The position numbers were made by a program, and so were the translations under genes. A stretch of 64,000 nucleotides of DNA from Bigelowiella natans CCMP2755 (Eukaryota > Protista > Cercozoa), in assembly GCA_000320545.1 (NCBI GenBank), contig ADNK01000443.1, positions 8,578 to 72,577 of the forward strand. Reading direction: 5' to 3'. Positions 38,322 through 52,761 of the stretch are shown here, in pieces; position 1 is the first letter of the stretch; every line of letters starts with the position of its first letter. The notes beneath the pieces were generated by a model. That model did not search any database and was not told the origin of the DNA. It saw nothing but the letters and a program-made list of their open reading frames with translations.

Positions 38322-39733
38322 GGGAGATGAGGATGACGACTAATCATGCTGATAATTATCAGTAAGAAACCAAAAATGCTGGAGGGCGAGGAGAGCAGTG
38401 GCTGGACGATTATTTCTTATCATACAGGCAACAACGCACAAGATCTACTACATCGTCGTCGTCGTCGTCGTCATCATCATCATCATCAATATCATCAATA
38501 TCATCGATCATCGCATAATACGTGAAGATCTTTCCCAAGCTCCACAGCGAATTCAAGGTACCTGATATGTTGTTGTTATTGTTGTTGTTGTTGTCGGCAC
38601 ACATTAGATTCATATAGTACAACAAACAAACAACAAAAGCAAGAGAGAACAAGGACGACGGAGAGAAAACCGCAGCATGCGGCGAACTCCTTCGATTGAT
38701 CTGTTGTTTGTTCCCGTGGTGGTAACGATGAAGGGCAATAATCATCACCATCGGCACCTCCACTTCACATGAATATGATGGATAATTTTGAGTTCTCCTC
38801 CATCGTCTTCTCTCATTCATTCGCATAGCTATATAATAGCGGCTCATGTGTGTTGCTTTTGCTAGCTGGTGGGGGTGGGGGTGCCGATGTGTTGTCGTAC
38901 CACTCCATATCAAATACAGACGAGTCAGGTCCAATCTAAAAGAAGGCGGATGATAATGATGATGATGATGACGATGACGACGATGATGATGATAATAGTG
39001 ATGATGGTGATGCTAATGATGCAGAGGAGGGAGGAGGGAAGGGTGTGTGCATGGAAGAAGAAGAGAGAAAAAGATGCTTCAGCAGCCAGAATCATAGATG
39101 CTGCTCCACCGCTAGCTAGGAAGAACCGAAAACAGCCATGGATTTTTTGACCCGCGACGCGGCGGCCAAACCATCATCGCTGTTTTCGCGAATGAAAGAA
39201 ATGTCGATCGCGAATGCTGTGCTGTTGTTGATTCTGAGTTGATGTCGCTTATGATGTTCCTATCGATGGGAAAACTATCGTTCATTTCTGCTGCTGCTGC
39301 TGCTGCTGCTATATTCCTACGATAAGCGGCCGTGATTCCTTCGATGGCCAGAGACTAGCGACCTGATGCGCGATGATACCAATAATCATTTTTTAATTAC
39401 AAAACGAGAAAAAGGACAAGATCATAAGCAATACTATTGCCTCGTTCAGAGCCTCTCGGGCTCGCACATCGACGAGGAAGATTCAGGTGCGACATGCATA
39501 CAACACAATACAATACAATACAATACAATACATACAACAACACGCACGATAAAGCACATAATTGGCCGCGATGTGGGGGGAGAGAATCGTCGGTTTTCCT
39601 CCCCCGTCAGCAGTCCAACAACTCCGACCAGGCACTGGTTGCAGATTGAAGATGATGATGATGTGCATCGATGATCCAGAGAGACACGGATGATGGATGG
39701 TCATTTCGGGGCTTTTGGAATGCATTACTACCG

Positions 39734-39768
<35 letters not shown>

Positions 39769-40319
39769 GCAGCAGCAAGATTGGTAACAAACCATCGCGT
39801 GCAGCTTGCGGAATGCCCTGGCCATCTAAGGGTGTCAGTCACGGGAAGACGTTACTAATGTTAGAATCATCATCGTCATCATCATCATCATCATCATCAT
39901 TCATCTTCATCATCATCATTCGTCGTTGTCGTCGTCATCATCGCCGCACGTACGGTATTTGTGGGAACGCGAGCGCCCACTCCGTGAGCTATGTCGATCT
40001 GTGAGCAGTGACCAATCAGACGATGATCGATGATGAAGGAGGGAAAAGGAGGAGACGGAAACCAACAACAGAAGGTCAAAAATACGATAATGATACGATG
40101 TGATCACGATGAAGATTCACAGAAGCTCTCAGACACACACACACCACACCGCACATATATACATGTTAATATCTTGTATGCGAAGGGAGAGGAGGGGAAG
40201 GGAGCAATGTTGTCATGTCCACCAGCACCAGCACCAGCACCTCATTTCCGAGCTCAAATCCAAGGATGTCGTACTCCTGAGCCCTTGTGTACTGTAAGAA
40301 GGCCTAATAGACGACGGTA

Positions 40320-40350
<31 letters not shown>

Positions 40351-40654
40351 GATGATGATGATATCAATCAATGCCGACCACCATACAGCACATCATTTTC
40401 TGTTCTCATACGCCATGTCACCTCGACGTTTTTGTAGTCCCACTCCCCTCCCCTCCAGAAGGGATCTTCGGGCTAATATATTGATAAGGCAGCAGGTTGT
40501 TACGCACTGACTTTATGATGGTCATATACCCCCCTCCCTCCCCTTCTTCTTCTCTACCTTCGATTTAAGGCCACCAGCGAGGTTCAGGTCGAACACAACG
40601 GAACAACCCAAGTCCTGTGAAGTATGATACGCGCATTCGGTACTAATCTCTCTC

Positions 40655-40703
<49 letters not shown>

Positions 40704-40993
40704 AAGCACTCAGTAAATATGTCTGTCTGTCTCCGTGTCTGTGTGTGTATATATATCTGGTGTAACGCATACCCAGAAACCACCCTAGCGCACATGGCTA
40801 CTGCTCTCAGGCTACCATTATCATCATCACCATCATCATCATCATCATCATCACTACTACCACTACTATTACTACTACTACCCTGCAAAATTTATTGAGC
40901 TCGTCCCACCGTCCCATCGTCAGGCAGCCCCCTCGAAATCCTGGTGAGAGTAGATCCAGCTATATCATCATCATGATGCTCATGATGCTCATG

Positions 40994-41025
<32 letters not shown>

Positions 41026-41062
41026 ATATCTTACATTTTACACCACCCTCATCCTCATCCTC

Positions 41063-41093
<31 letters not shown>

Positions 41094-41349
41094 CCGAGAG
41101 GGTCGTCAGCGTCTGGCACGATAGGACGGCATTCTGGTGGAAGCTTCCCAGATGTCGTTGGAACCTGAGGTTGCGTTGTACGGTGCCAAGGGACATCCAT
41201 CAACAACGACGCCACAATCACACAGAGGCCGCAATCACACAAACTCGTACGCGGAGAAGATTAGTAAACAACCTTGTAGATGATGTGATCGGTGAGAGAT
41301 CCTCCTGGCGTCGTTGTTTCGAAAATTCAGTCGATACGTTGAGAAAGAG

Positions 41350-41396
<47 letters not shown>

Positions 41397-41695
41397 AAGA
41401 AAAACTGTCTTCTATTGGTGTAGCGTCGTTTTCTTAAAATCTCAACCTAGCCTCAGAACCACAGGAGAAAGCGTTTTAACGGCACTAATTGAGTTATATG
41501 AATGATCTTGCTGCTGCTGATGCTGCTGCTGAAAACGACGATGATGTTGATGACGGCAATGATATTCTCATGCAAGATGATGATGATGATGATGGTGTTG
41601 ATGATGATAAGGACGGCAACGATATTCTCATGCAACCCCGTGCGCTACTGTTCCCATTATCTTCACCCTACCTTCTGCTTTGGCGGTACATAGAG

Positions 41696-41732
<37 letters not shown>

Positions 41733-43776
41733 TGTACATATAGAACGATATGGACGCACATACTTTCGTAACAGAGGATGGTTCAAGTCCGCATTTAACA
41801 TCGACGCATTGTGCCATGGACAGTGGCCGTAGTCGCATTTCTCCTACGTGAGATTAAATTTTTGGAGTGAGATGATGATTTTCACGACGACGATATCCTC
41901 TATGAGATGTCTTGCTTCTTGGAGAACCAAGAAGAAGAGGCAAATTATACGCAACGACTACTCCTTTGCATTGTATCTCCCAACAAAACAAAAGAAAATC
42001 CTCATTAGTAGAAAAACGAATTATTTCTTTCGTTGCCTTTCACTGCAAGTAAGAGGGAATTATAAGAGGGAATTATAAGACTCGGTATTATGGGGTAGTA
42101 CGTGTGTACGTACATACATACCGCGGGCCACCAGTCCATCGTCACGCAAACGAAATTTCCATTTGTAGTGCCAATCTGAGACAACAAACCATCGACAAAT
42201 AACAGAGAGAAAGAACCGCAACGTTTGTCAATTCAACGAAATGCAACGGTATATTGTGGCCTTGCAAACGCTATCATCATAGAGGTGAAAGAAGTACTAT
42301 GGCTATGTAAACACCATCACAGCGATGGAAAGAAGTAGGTCCCGTCATACCAGAAGCCTTATACTATCTGCAAGTGCGGCGCGTAAGCAACAATACCATT
42401 CGGTTTGATATCCTCAATCGAGATGTAGCGTATCGTTTGGGTAGTCTAATACCATCAAGGACAGCAGTTCATATTATTAGGAAGGAGGCCCATTTTCGTA
42501 TGCACGACAGATGCAGCACTATACTTGTTGTACACATTCTGAACACACGCACATGAGCAAATAATCCCAACATCTGTGCACGTACTTGTGCGTGTATGTG
42601 TGAGTGAGCGTGAGCTGTGTTTGCGTACTGTTTTAGAATCAAAATATTTTGCCTTACTTGCATGCGGGACCCACCGGACAACCCGAGCTATGGCCGTTTC
42701 TAATGATGGCGTATGGTGTTATCATGGTAAAATTCAAAGTCTCACGTTGGGTGTACTTCATCAAAAAAAGTGTGGAAATGACATGATACATCATATTTTG
42801 GAAGAAATTACACATCGATTGTATCGCTGCTGATGCTACTGATAGACCCGAGAAGGGTAGCTTCCATGAGCTTGTCGACGGAGGAGGTGGGAAAGAAGGC
42901 CCTTGTAAAATTACATTCCGAACGTGAAAATTTATAAGGCCGAAGTGCATCTTGGATTGGACGAAAAAGAAGAAGAAGGAGAAAAAATGCTTGAATTCTC
43001 AGAGAAATACGAGATTATTACCACAACGCCGCGGAGGCAATAAAGGAGGCTGCCAAAGAGAATAGCGGTCCTGCCCGCGAAGTCTGAAGAAAGAGCAGAG
43101 GAGAAAAGTGTGAGAAAAGTTAGTAGGGGTGGTGAAGGTTGTTTCACATTCTTGAGAATAAGCTTACTCGTCTCCGCTTATCAGTCGGCGAGGTCTGTGA
43201 GCCGAAAAGAGGTGTTGTCTGAGAGGTTATACGTTTAAATGAGAGGGAAACAAAGAGTCAGTCGTTCGTAGCACAGCGCTGGATTTTAGATTACTTTCGG
43301 AAAATCTAAGTTCCACGAAAATCCAAGTTAAACATATTTCGAAGTTTAGCATACTTGGACCACAAATATCTTGTTCGTATCACACCATAGGAACTACCTC
43401 TGTAACCTGTGAGCTTCGGGAAAAGGTCTCTTCTCCCTGGCCCTGCATTGTAACACTCGAGATCCGAATCCGATCGGAACCTCCAATTCTCTCTTTGTGC
43501 AAAAGCCACTGCGTATATTTCTCCTCTGAGATTCGTCTGCTGACCGCGGGCCACGATCCCCTTGAAGAAGAGGAGGAAGGGAAGGAAGGGAAGGAGGAGA
43601 AGGAGAACGGGGCAAGATTCTTCGTTCGTGCGGGCGGGCAGGCCGGCGGGTGCAAATCGTAGATCCGACCGAGCAGTTGGCGGCGGAAGGACGACGGACG
43701 ACAACAAAACGGAGGTAAGATTTATTTGTCGGATCGACATTAACGCCGGAGATTCACCACCTGCGACTCGTTGCAT
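34189..43776 (-). CDS. Heparanase-like glycoside hydrolase family 79, roughly 25-30 micro-exons (conserved core starts near 42178; 5' end uncertain)
   Basis: Ordered exons encode FVCVTMDWWP, KCDYGHCPW, LRLGGSLTD, GCLTMGRWDELNKF, FELGNE (acid/base), DVFTYHIYSLGPG, WCGEGGGAFNSG (nucleophile), FWFLDQLG, CRQTLIGG, NPDYYTALLWNRLMG, YAHC, VQLNG, LPPLSYGYIVFPEAKNPVC. Confidence 0.9.
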
Positions 43777-44430
43777 CTGGGTAGAAATCAGTTCGCGACT
43801 GCTCACTCGTGCACCTCGAGCTGCTCGTTGCAGATTTCGTGGATTTGCAGCAAAAAAATCCGAAGAGAGTCGGGCATTCAATTAGATATACCGGTACCCA
43901 ATTTTTATCAAGCCTAACTTGCGACATGATGAGGACGATGTCTTAGTAAGAAAACCGAGGATATCTTGGCTTCATCTTTCTCGGTATCAGGATCGGTTTC
44001 TTCTTCCTGCCTTCAGCTAAGCACACGCTCTGAGAAAAAGACTTGATGCGACATGGAAAACGTATTTCGTTTGGAGGTATAGTTTACCACTGGTGTGGAA
44101 AAATCAGAATTTTACGCCTTGGCAGGCGGATAGTTCTGTCTTCAGTTGGATCTTAACCTGCGCAGGCCAAGCAGTTATCGAATTGTTATCCGTTCGAAGA
44201 AACTAGTAATATTGCATCCTCCCCCACAAGCGCCAATAGCTCTGGTCGAAAGGATCAATAAGCTCTAAGACGTACGTGTGAATAGCATTACAACACACCT
44301 CCTTGTATTAGGTTTATTATTTTTTGGAACACTTGCAGTAGAAGGAGGTTCCACACGTAAATGAAGAAACGATGGTGTGGCTGAACTTTTCTCTCGCTCC
44401 TCTTACTATGATTCAGGAAACAAAAGTGAA

Positions 44431-44847
44431 ATGTCGCGAACATTGCCAGAAATATTGGAGGATGTAAAGGCTCAGCTTAAGGTTCGAAGGGGTTGCTCTA
44501 TAAAGCAGCTTGCTAGGTAACTACTTTTTCTTTTCTGGATAGTAAGTTCAGCACAGTAAATGAAGTTGTGAATTATCTCACATTTGATCCCGAATCTTCG
44601 CCCTGACAGGACCTTTAAACAAAACGACCAGTCGGGCGACGGGTCATTTGACTTCGATGAATGGTCCATGGTAATGAGCCTTCCATGTTTGCCGCCTCAT
44701 ATTCGAATGGTGTCCATAAATTCTGAATCTTATCAAATTAGTGCCTTCAACGTGCTGGAATTTTCTTAAAAAACCACGAGATGAGCCGAGTCTTCCAGTA
44801 AGGCGCCACAAACACAAACACACGCGCGCGCACACACCCACACACAC

Positions 44848-44895
<48 letters not shown>

Positions 44896-46347
44896 AGGGG
44901 GAAGGGAAATAGGCACAGGTAAATCCCATACCCCCTACGAAAATTCGTACACAAACACAGAATATTGCTTATCTACATTAGCGCAAGAAGAGTTTTGTCT
45001 ACTGTATATTCGTACTTATTGTTCTCTTTTACCCCCTTCGACTCACCAACCATCCAGATCGTTCGACACAGACAAAAGCGGAAGCATTTCATATGAGGAA
45101 TTCCTCGTCGGGATCTCGGTCTGTTATTATTGCGAATAAATGCACCACCTGTTCTTTCTCGTCAATATTCCTCACCCTTGTTTTTGCTCTTGCAGAGAGG
45201 TAAGCTGTCCGGTCGCAGAGCCAAAATATGCCTCAAGGCCTTTGCCAAATTCGACAAAAATGACATCGGGATAGTCTACCTCAATGACATGAAGGCTGTT
45301 TATGACCCCACAACGCACCCCAAGGTCCATGGTTTGCACATGCTGACATTCTCCTCAATTAAGATAACTACTGTTTTATAAAATAAACCTCCATCAAGCT
45401 GATGCAACTGAGGCTTTAATAACAGACAGCACACGACTCTCATGCATGTTACGTTATCTGCATTTATTTTCAGGTTCTCTCCGGCGAACTCAAGGAAGAG
45501 CAGGTAGGCACTCAAAAAAGCCTATCATATTGTTTACTCATGCAATAATTCATTCCTTCTTTATCATTTAGGCGTACAAGAGCTTCATCAACAGTTTCAA
45601 CGGGACCCTTCTTCATAAGGTGAAGAAAAAGCCGATTCGAGTCTCCCTGGAAGAGTTCATGGCATACATGGCCGAGCTCTCCTCTTACATCCCTGCAAGC
45701 GACGACAAATTTGTTCAAATGGTCGAGAAAGCCTTCAAAGTGAGGGAGGTGCCATCAGCGGAGATGAAAGAAATGGACAAGAAGAAGCTAGACTCACTCA
45801 AAGACGAGATCCGTGAGAAAGTTAGGCAGCGCACCAAGTGCTCAAAATTCGAAAATGTCACCTTGTACCGGGCATGCCGCCACTTCGATACCGACGATAG
45901 TGGGGATATCGACTGTGACGAGTTTTCCCACGCTCTCAACACCTTGGGTATTCACTTACCTGAGAATGAAAAGGAGGCACTGTTTGAGTCTTTCAGACCG
46001 CAAAACGGAGCTATTAGCTACTGGGACTTTTCCAAAGCATTGTTCCGAGACACAGAACCTGATTTAAACACGAGCATGACGAAAACAATTGGACGAAAAG
46101 AAAAGGTGCCATCCGGCCCAAATAAGGTTGTCACACAGTCAGTCGTGCATAATGTTTTCGTGTTTTCTACCCGCCACCCCTTCCCACCCCCCCCCCCCTT
46201 TCATTGAAACGGAAGATTTCTGACAGGGTTGGTTTGTTGGTCATTTATTTATTATTGTGCTGTGGCTGCTTTCCCTTCATCTCGTGAAATAAATAGATCC
46301 TTAGCCCTATCGCAAAGAAAAAGATTCCTCAGTGGGCCATGCCTTAA
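44431..46347 (+). CDS. Calcyphosin-like EF-hand protein with an extra C-terminal EF-hand pair
   Basis: LARTFKQNDQSGDGSFDFDEW; FDTDKSGSISYEEFL; AFAKFDKNDIG; YDPTTHPKVLSGE; VSLEEFMAYMAELSSYI; extra DTDDSGDIDCDEF; last exon ILSPIAKKKIPQWAMP*. Confidence 0.85.
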
Positions 46348-46622
46348 ATTCGTCCGAGGAGGAAAGTTGTGATCAGCTATCATGATGTATCTTGTAGAAG
46401 TCCAATTGTGTTCTCCATCTGTCACTTGCACGCAACGAGAATCTCCGAAGCTTTGGATTGGGCCATTTATGGCTCATTGCTGCTCCGCCTGTTTGGCACC
46501 AATTGGATATCGTTATGAAATTGTTTATTTTAAAAAAAATCCTCTTACATAGTATTCTCACCAGCAAAATGAAGGATCGTTTTTGGCTGTTGCAGACCTT
46601 ACGATGTATGCCACTTGCTATG

Positions 46623-46664
<42 letters not shown>

Positions 46665-47082
46665 TACACATAAAATACATAATATTCATTGCGTGGCACA
46701 GCATGTACGTCGGTAGCGACGTTAATTAATATGTGGCTCATGCGTATTGTCATATACATATTGCCTCCTGGATGCGTGTACATAAAACTAAGGCGCGATA
46801 TAGCGATATGTGACACTGAAGGCATGCGATGTACACATGTCGTAGACGGCTACATGTATAGGGACATATATGTCCATATATCAGCGATCGCGAGCAATAC
46901 GATAAGCCTGCGCATGCATGTTTAGATTTACTTGTTTATTTTTAAAAATAAACATAAAATATACATATTTGACGAACTGATATATATTTACTATGCTGTG
47001 ATACAGCTACTCTAGCCCAGCGTGGACGTACGTACGTAGATGTGCAGAATGCACCGCAGAGACTAGCTATACGCTGTCGCCG

Positions 47083-48184
47083 CTATTGCTTCTCATTCTC
47101 CTCGGCAGCGTTGGCCTTTTTACTTTCGTCAGCTGTTCTTTTCTCAGCAGCGGAACAACTACCCGGTTTTTTAGGGGGAGGGGGTGGGGGGTGTCGCTTT
47201 TTTACGCCGCTACTCTTAAGCTTTACCGACTTGAGCATATCTTTTGAGACGGAAATCTGTGGCGTTGATGCGCCAGACGGGCTTCTGCTCCTCGACCTGG
47301 AAGAAGAGCTCTTGTTACGAGCACGACGCCTCGAGGATTCTCCCTCTTCCTCTTCCATGTGCCTCACCGGACTGGCTTCCCTGCTTCTGCTCAGATTTTG
47401 TGCTTCCCGAAAGGTAGATGAGCTGATGACGTGAGCCCTCGTGTGATGTGGCTTGTTCATGGGACCCTCCTTTCCCTCTCTAGCCCTTGCGCTCAACCCC
47501 GGCAACGACGAGTCGCTCTCCAGTGAGGAGGCAGTGGGGGAGCGACTTCGCAGCGACATCTTTCTGGCATTCCACCTGTTGCGCCTGGCCTTTATTCTCT
47601 TCATTTTGTTCTGCACGCTCGAGGGGCTTGCGACTTCTTTGATCTGAGTATATCCAAGAGGAGGAGGTGGAGGAGGTGGGAGAAAGGAGTTTATTAGCCA
47701 GCAGCAAGCTTTATCACCAACATAATAATCACATGATGATCCTACACTTTCCACTCCTCTCTCTCTCTTTCTCTCTCTGTTTCTCCCGCACCCCCTCTCC
47801 CCGTCTTTGCCACCTCTTTCAAAACTGAGGGTCTCAATGATGTCTTCATCTTGTTGCTATTATCACTTCCGCTGAAATTATCGATATCGAGTCGTGCATT
47901 CAGCGCGGAGCTTGATGGATCAAATTTCATAGCCGTGGGCTCTTCCTTGATACGCGCGCGTCCGAAGACCTCTTCATTGTACTGTTTGGAAGAAGCAACA
48001 TCACCACCACTATCATCGTCATCATCATCGTCACAATTAATACTAATTTCAGTCAAGCGTGCCATTCTACCGAAGATACCGACTTATATATATATATATA
48101 TTCTTTCCCAGCACCAATTTGTGGTATCTTTAAGTTCAGATATACCCTCTTCTCTCTCTCTTTCTTTCTTATTCCCTCTTCCAC

Positions 48185-48219
<35 letters not shown>

Positions 48220-49360
48220 AGACATCAATGTAAATGCGTGCGCGTGTAAACATAATCATCCCCGCGACTACCAAGATGAGCTTTTCCACCGATTCGATGG
48301 ACATCGGGATATTGCGGATGTTGGCCGGATCATTCTCGTTCTTTGAGCGCATGAGAGAGGGTGCCCAGCACGTCGCCACGTTCTTCGGCAGCATCTTGTT
48401 CACATCGGCCTTGTCCGTAATCTGGATTGCATTGAATTTCGAGTCAGGCAAAGGCCGATCCACTTGAGTGTGCGATTGCGTGCAGTGAAGATTAGGAGAA
48501 GAGAAAGAGAAGGCTTTTCCAATTTCTCCTGCTTTTGGTATACTATATCCCCCCCCACAACCGACCCCCCCTCCTCCTCCTCCTTCTCCTCTTTCTTCTT
48601 GCATGCAGTGTGAAAGTCGATGAGCACAACACCGTAACGCTATAACCGACGGCCGACCGACCTTCTTGAGGAAATAGGTGAGATATCGTAGAATGTTTCT
48701 AGTCAGAGGATCCATCGTCGACATCACGATCTGAGAAGTGAACAATCCGATGAAGGATGGCGGAGGGAGCTTGATGATGATGATGATGATGATGATACAC
48801 CCCAGAAAGGATCATGCCGAAACATCAAAGAAGCGGCGACAAATTCCCTCCTCGCAATTGTGCGGAGAGCGCAAAGAAAAGGGTGGAAGAGAAAGGGGGA
48901 GGGGAGCAGTTACTAGTGTTTACTACTACTTGTACAACTACTACTACAACTACTACTACTACTACTACCTTATACTTTTCGACCATGTCCTCAGTGCTGG
49001 AAGACTACAAAATAGTTGCGGGAACAGATCATTGTAAGAAGGAGGCGGGTTGACCGGCAATGATTGGGAAACTAATACAATTATTTATCTAAATCCTCCC
49101 CTCGCCCGCCCCCACCGACCCCCTCTCTTCCCCTCTTCTCTAATCTTTAAGAAGTCATGTAGCAATCGGCGAAAGCTACTATATTCTCTAATCGGTTCTT
49201 CGTCATCTATCTATCTATCTATCTTGGGCTGCTATTCTTCGTACAGCTTACATCTGAGGGAACGGTGATAAATCCCTTGTAGTGTGTGTATGGGATCAGC
49301 GGTTCTGGGAGCTCACGGAAGTAGAGCTTTAAGAGGCCGGCCACCTGCAAAATCCAACAT

Positions 49361-49420
<60 letters not shown>

Positions 49421-50535
49421 AGAGGGAGAGTTGTAAGGCACTATTTTTGTAATTAAAACAATATTCGATTCCATCCAGATCAAGCAAAAATTGGCTTTTT
49501 CGGTGCCGTGCCGCACAGTTGCTTATCACGTGCGCTTTAAGGAAGGCAATGAAAGGCAGGGTGGGAAGGGGGGGAGGGAGGGGTTACAGGAGCAGGATAC
49601 TCGAAGTAAAGCCAATAAACAAATAAACTGTCATCACCTCGTTAATCCCTTGCAGGCTAACTTCCTGGCGGCGGTCGTAGAGACTTTTCATCTCTCCGAC
49701 TTTCTTCGCATCACCTGGGACACGGAAGATTCCCTGATGCAGGCAGCAGCAGCAGCAGCAGCAGTAGTGTTAGAAGGAGGAGATGGGGGGCTGTTGATGA
49801 AGTCGGCCTAGGAGGGGCAAAGGCTTGCATCCCTTCTTCATGATGCATATCGGTATATTATCATTCAATATAGATACGCGTGTGATGATGGTGATGGTGA
49901 TGATGATGGTGCTGATGATGCAACTTCTATTTCTACACGTATATGTGAAACAACCTCAGAATCCAGTCCATGCTCTGTCAAGAACTCCACGCAATCGTAG
50001 ATAGGCTGTGGAATCTTAACCTCACTCGAGTTCAACCCAATTTTGAGCGGCTCGCCGAAGATCTTTGGCTAAGGAATAAATGAGGGGGGGAGAGGCAGGG
50101 TGAGGTGAGACTTGTTGAAACCGCAATAAAGCGCCATTCCCACAGGCATTTAATATTTGTATCATGTCCTTTACGTCATGCAACGAACAACGAGGCTTTG
50201 CTATCATCTTTTGAAGGGAAATCGCGGTTCACTTTAAGTCTCGACCGGTGTCACAGTGTCGCAGCAGCTACTCGTTTCAAGTACTCACCCATTCCAGTCA
50301 AATGCATTGATTCATTCGTTATCAATTCACTCATTTTATTCTTCTTCGTGGTTGGTGTTTCAACTTACAGCTCTCCGGATGCTCCCCGCTTGCTTCTTCC
50401 CCTCAGCGCTGTTCCAATCGATGATCTTCGACGCACGGTAGATATAGAAGCGGAATTCGAGAAGGATCTCACCAGCCATATGGGTGCTCTTCAGGTCCCG
50501 TACCAACTCAAACCACGACCGGTGACTGCATCACC

Positions 50536-50577
<42 letters not shown>

Positions 50578-50900
50578 TATAAATATAAAGTTCTAGTATC
50601 ACGAGAATGAAGCGAGGGAGAATGTAGCGATATAAGGAAGGAAAAAAAATGGAGGAGGAAGAGGATAGATGGTGCTCTCCTTCTTCTTTTCTTTTTAAAA
50701 TCAATCGCTCGCTGTCCGACGACGATGACGTCGTTTTTCTACGAAGGGCGACCTGTAGCTGCAGCACATCCTTGCGTATTCTCCGGTGCAGAGGAATAAG
50801 TTCTCATACGCCGCATTATTACTATTGTATCCTCCACTCTTGTTCTCTTCGTTGTAGAAGGCGACCGGCTGCATTATTTGCCAGTGAGCGAGTGCATCGA

Positions 50901-50940
<40 letters not shown>

Positions 50941-50944
50941 TAAT

Positions 50945-51002
<58 letters not shown>

Positions 51003-51627
51003 GCACCGACAATGGACAGTGGTGATGAACGCGAAGAAACGTAATCATCACACTTTTTCCCAAGAAGCACGCTGCATGAATATTGATTGATTGACGTGTC
51101 TAGCGCTCGCCGTTTTAGCCCTGCTGCTGCTGCTGCTTGTTGTTGTTGCTATTGCTACGACGACGAGCGACGCAACCCAACGCCACTTACTGGGGAGATG
51201 AAGGGAAGCACGCCGTGCAATGGCAAGCGTGCTCTGCCGATGAGCGAGTCTGCAACCATCCGCTTGCTCCACACCGACATCCTGAGAAACTGGTCTTCGC
51301 TTGAGATGGGGATCTCCACCGTGTGGTTCCATACAGGGTTCTGCCCGCCATCGACGCACTTGGGCACTGCATAAACAATCTTCTTTCTCTTCGACCTCCC
51401 TTCCAGGGAGAAACGAATGTACGGATCCTGCAAGTAACACCACACCAACAGAAGGGGGGGGAGGGAACAGCACTGCTTATTTGCGTCTACGTTGCTTTGC
51501 CGCCACTCGCTCACGCTGCAAGGCTTGTTGCGCCCCCTCTCCACACTTCTCTTCCCGAATCTAGATCATACGGTCAACAAACAAAAAGCCTCTCCCCTAT
51601 CTATCTCCATCATATATATATACTCGA

Positions 51628-51672
<45 letters not shown>

Positions 51673-52096
51673 CACAAAGAACATCGCGAATAGATCTACC
51701 TGATGGCCCATGCTCTGCGTATCGTATAAGTGCCTACCGCGAATAGCAGTAACGATAAGACGCCCTGCAATGCCGATGTTGGCTTGGGGAACGAGTACAG
51801 GTCCCAGGTAGCCGTTGGTGGCTTTAATCTTGGGGGAAAGGAAGAGAAAAGGGGGGGGGGGATGTTTGTTTGTCAGAGCAGCGAGCCCATAGCAGAGAGC
51901 AACGAGTCCACCGACAAAGCGTGAAAAGATATACATGCACACGCACACACACACACACACACACGCATACGCACAAATATTATGAACTATTATCAGTACA
52001 TATTTTTAGTCGCTAGTTCTACTACCTTATAGATCAAATGGTAAGGAGGCACGAATGCCTTTGCCGCAAGAGCCTCCTGAAAGGGTGAAGAGAGCA

Positions 52097-52143
<47 letters not shown>

Positions 52144-52724
52144 TATGTGTTGTGTATTATGCAATAATTTGGCACCTAGCCACATGCGCGCTATAGATGG
52201 AGACGAAGAAAGGAGGACGGGGAGAGGGAGAGAGACGAAGCGAAGAAGAAAAGGAGAAATCAAGGAGCGGGGAGATGAGCACGCAAAAATATTTTCGCGC
52301 AAGAAGCAACAACAAGTTCAGCAAAAAGATCTCGTGCTCAGAGCGTGACGGAGGAGCACCTTCTTCATAGATTCCAGAGCGCTTTTGACCAGGTCGGTTT
52401 TAAGGTCCTTCCCGCCTGTTTTCCGAATCGGATACCTGATGATGATAAGATGTGTGTGTGTGTGTGTGTGTGTGTGTGTTGCGGCGCTGCTAGTCATCGA
52501 GCGAGCGCATTTGACGAGGATGCATTCGCCCTGCCTGTGAGAAGGCAAGTTGTTGGAACTCGCTGCTTGCAACAACAGACGGTGGCGGTCTGTCTGTGAC
52601 TGTACTACCCCCTCTTGGTGCCTTCAACGGTACATTCCATCTTCTTGAGGTTTATGATGTAGCCACAGCCAGATACCTGTATGTGCACATAACACATGGT
52701 TTTTTTTCAAAAAAATATTTATAG

Positions 52725-52761
<37 letters not shown>

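Noticed and set aside
41552-41635. Duplicated 24-mer gacggcaaYgatattctcatgcaa
   Set aside because: Local slippage duplication inside a (GAT)n intron; no sign of function.
33791-43300. Dozens of 60-180 aa ORFs with poly-M/D/S/HT/RE runs
   Set aside because: Translations of intronic microsatellites; the real coding content is the GH79 micro-exons.
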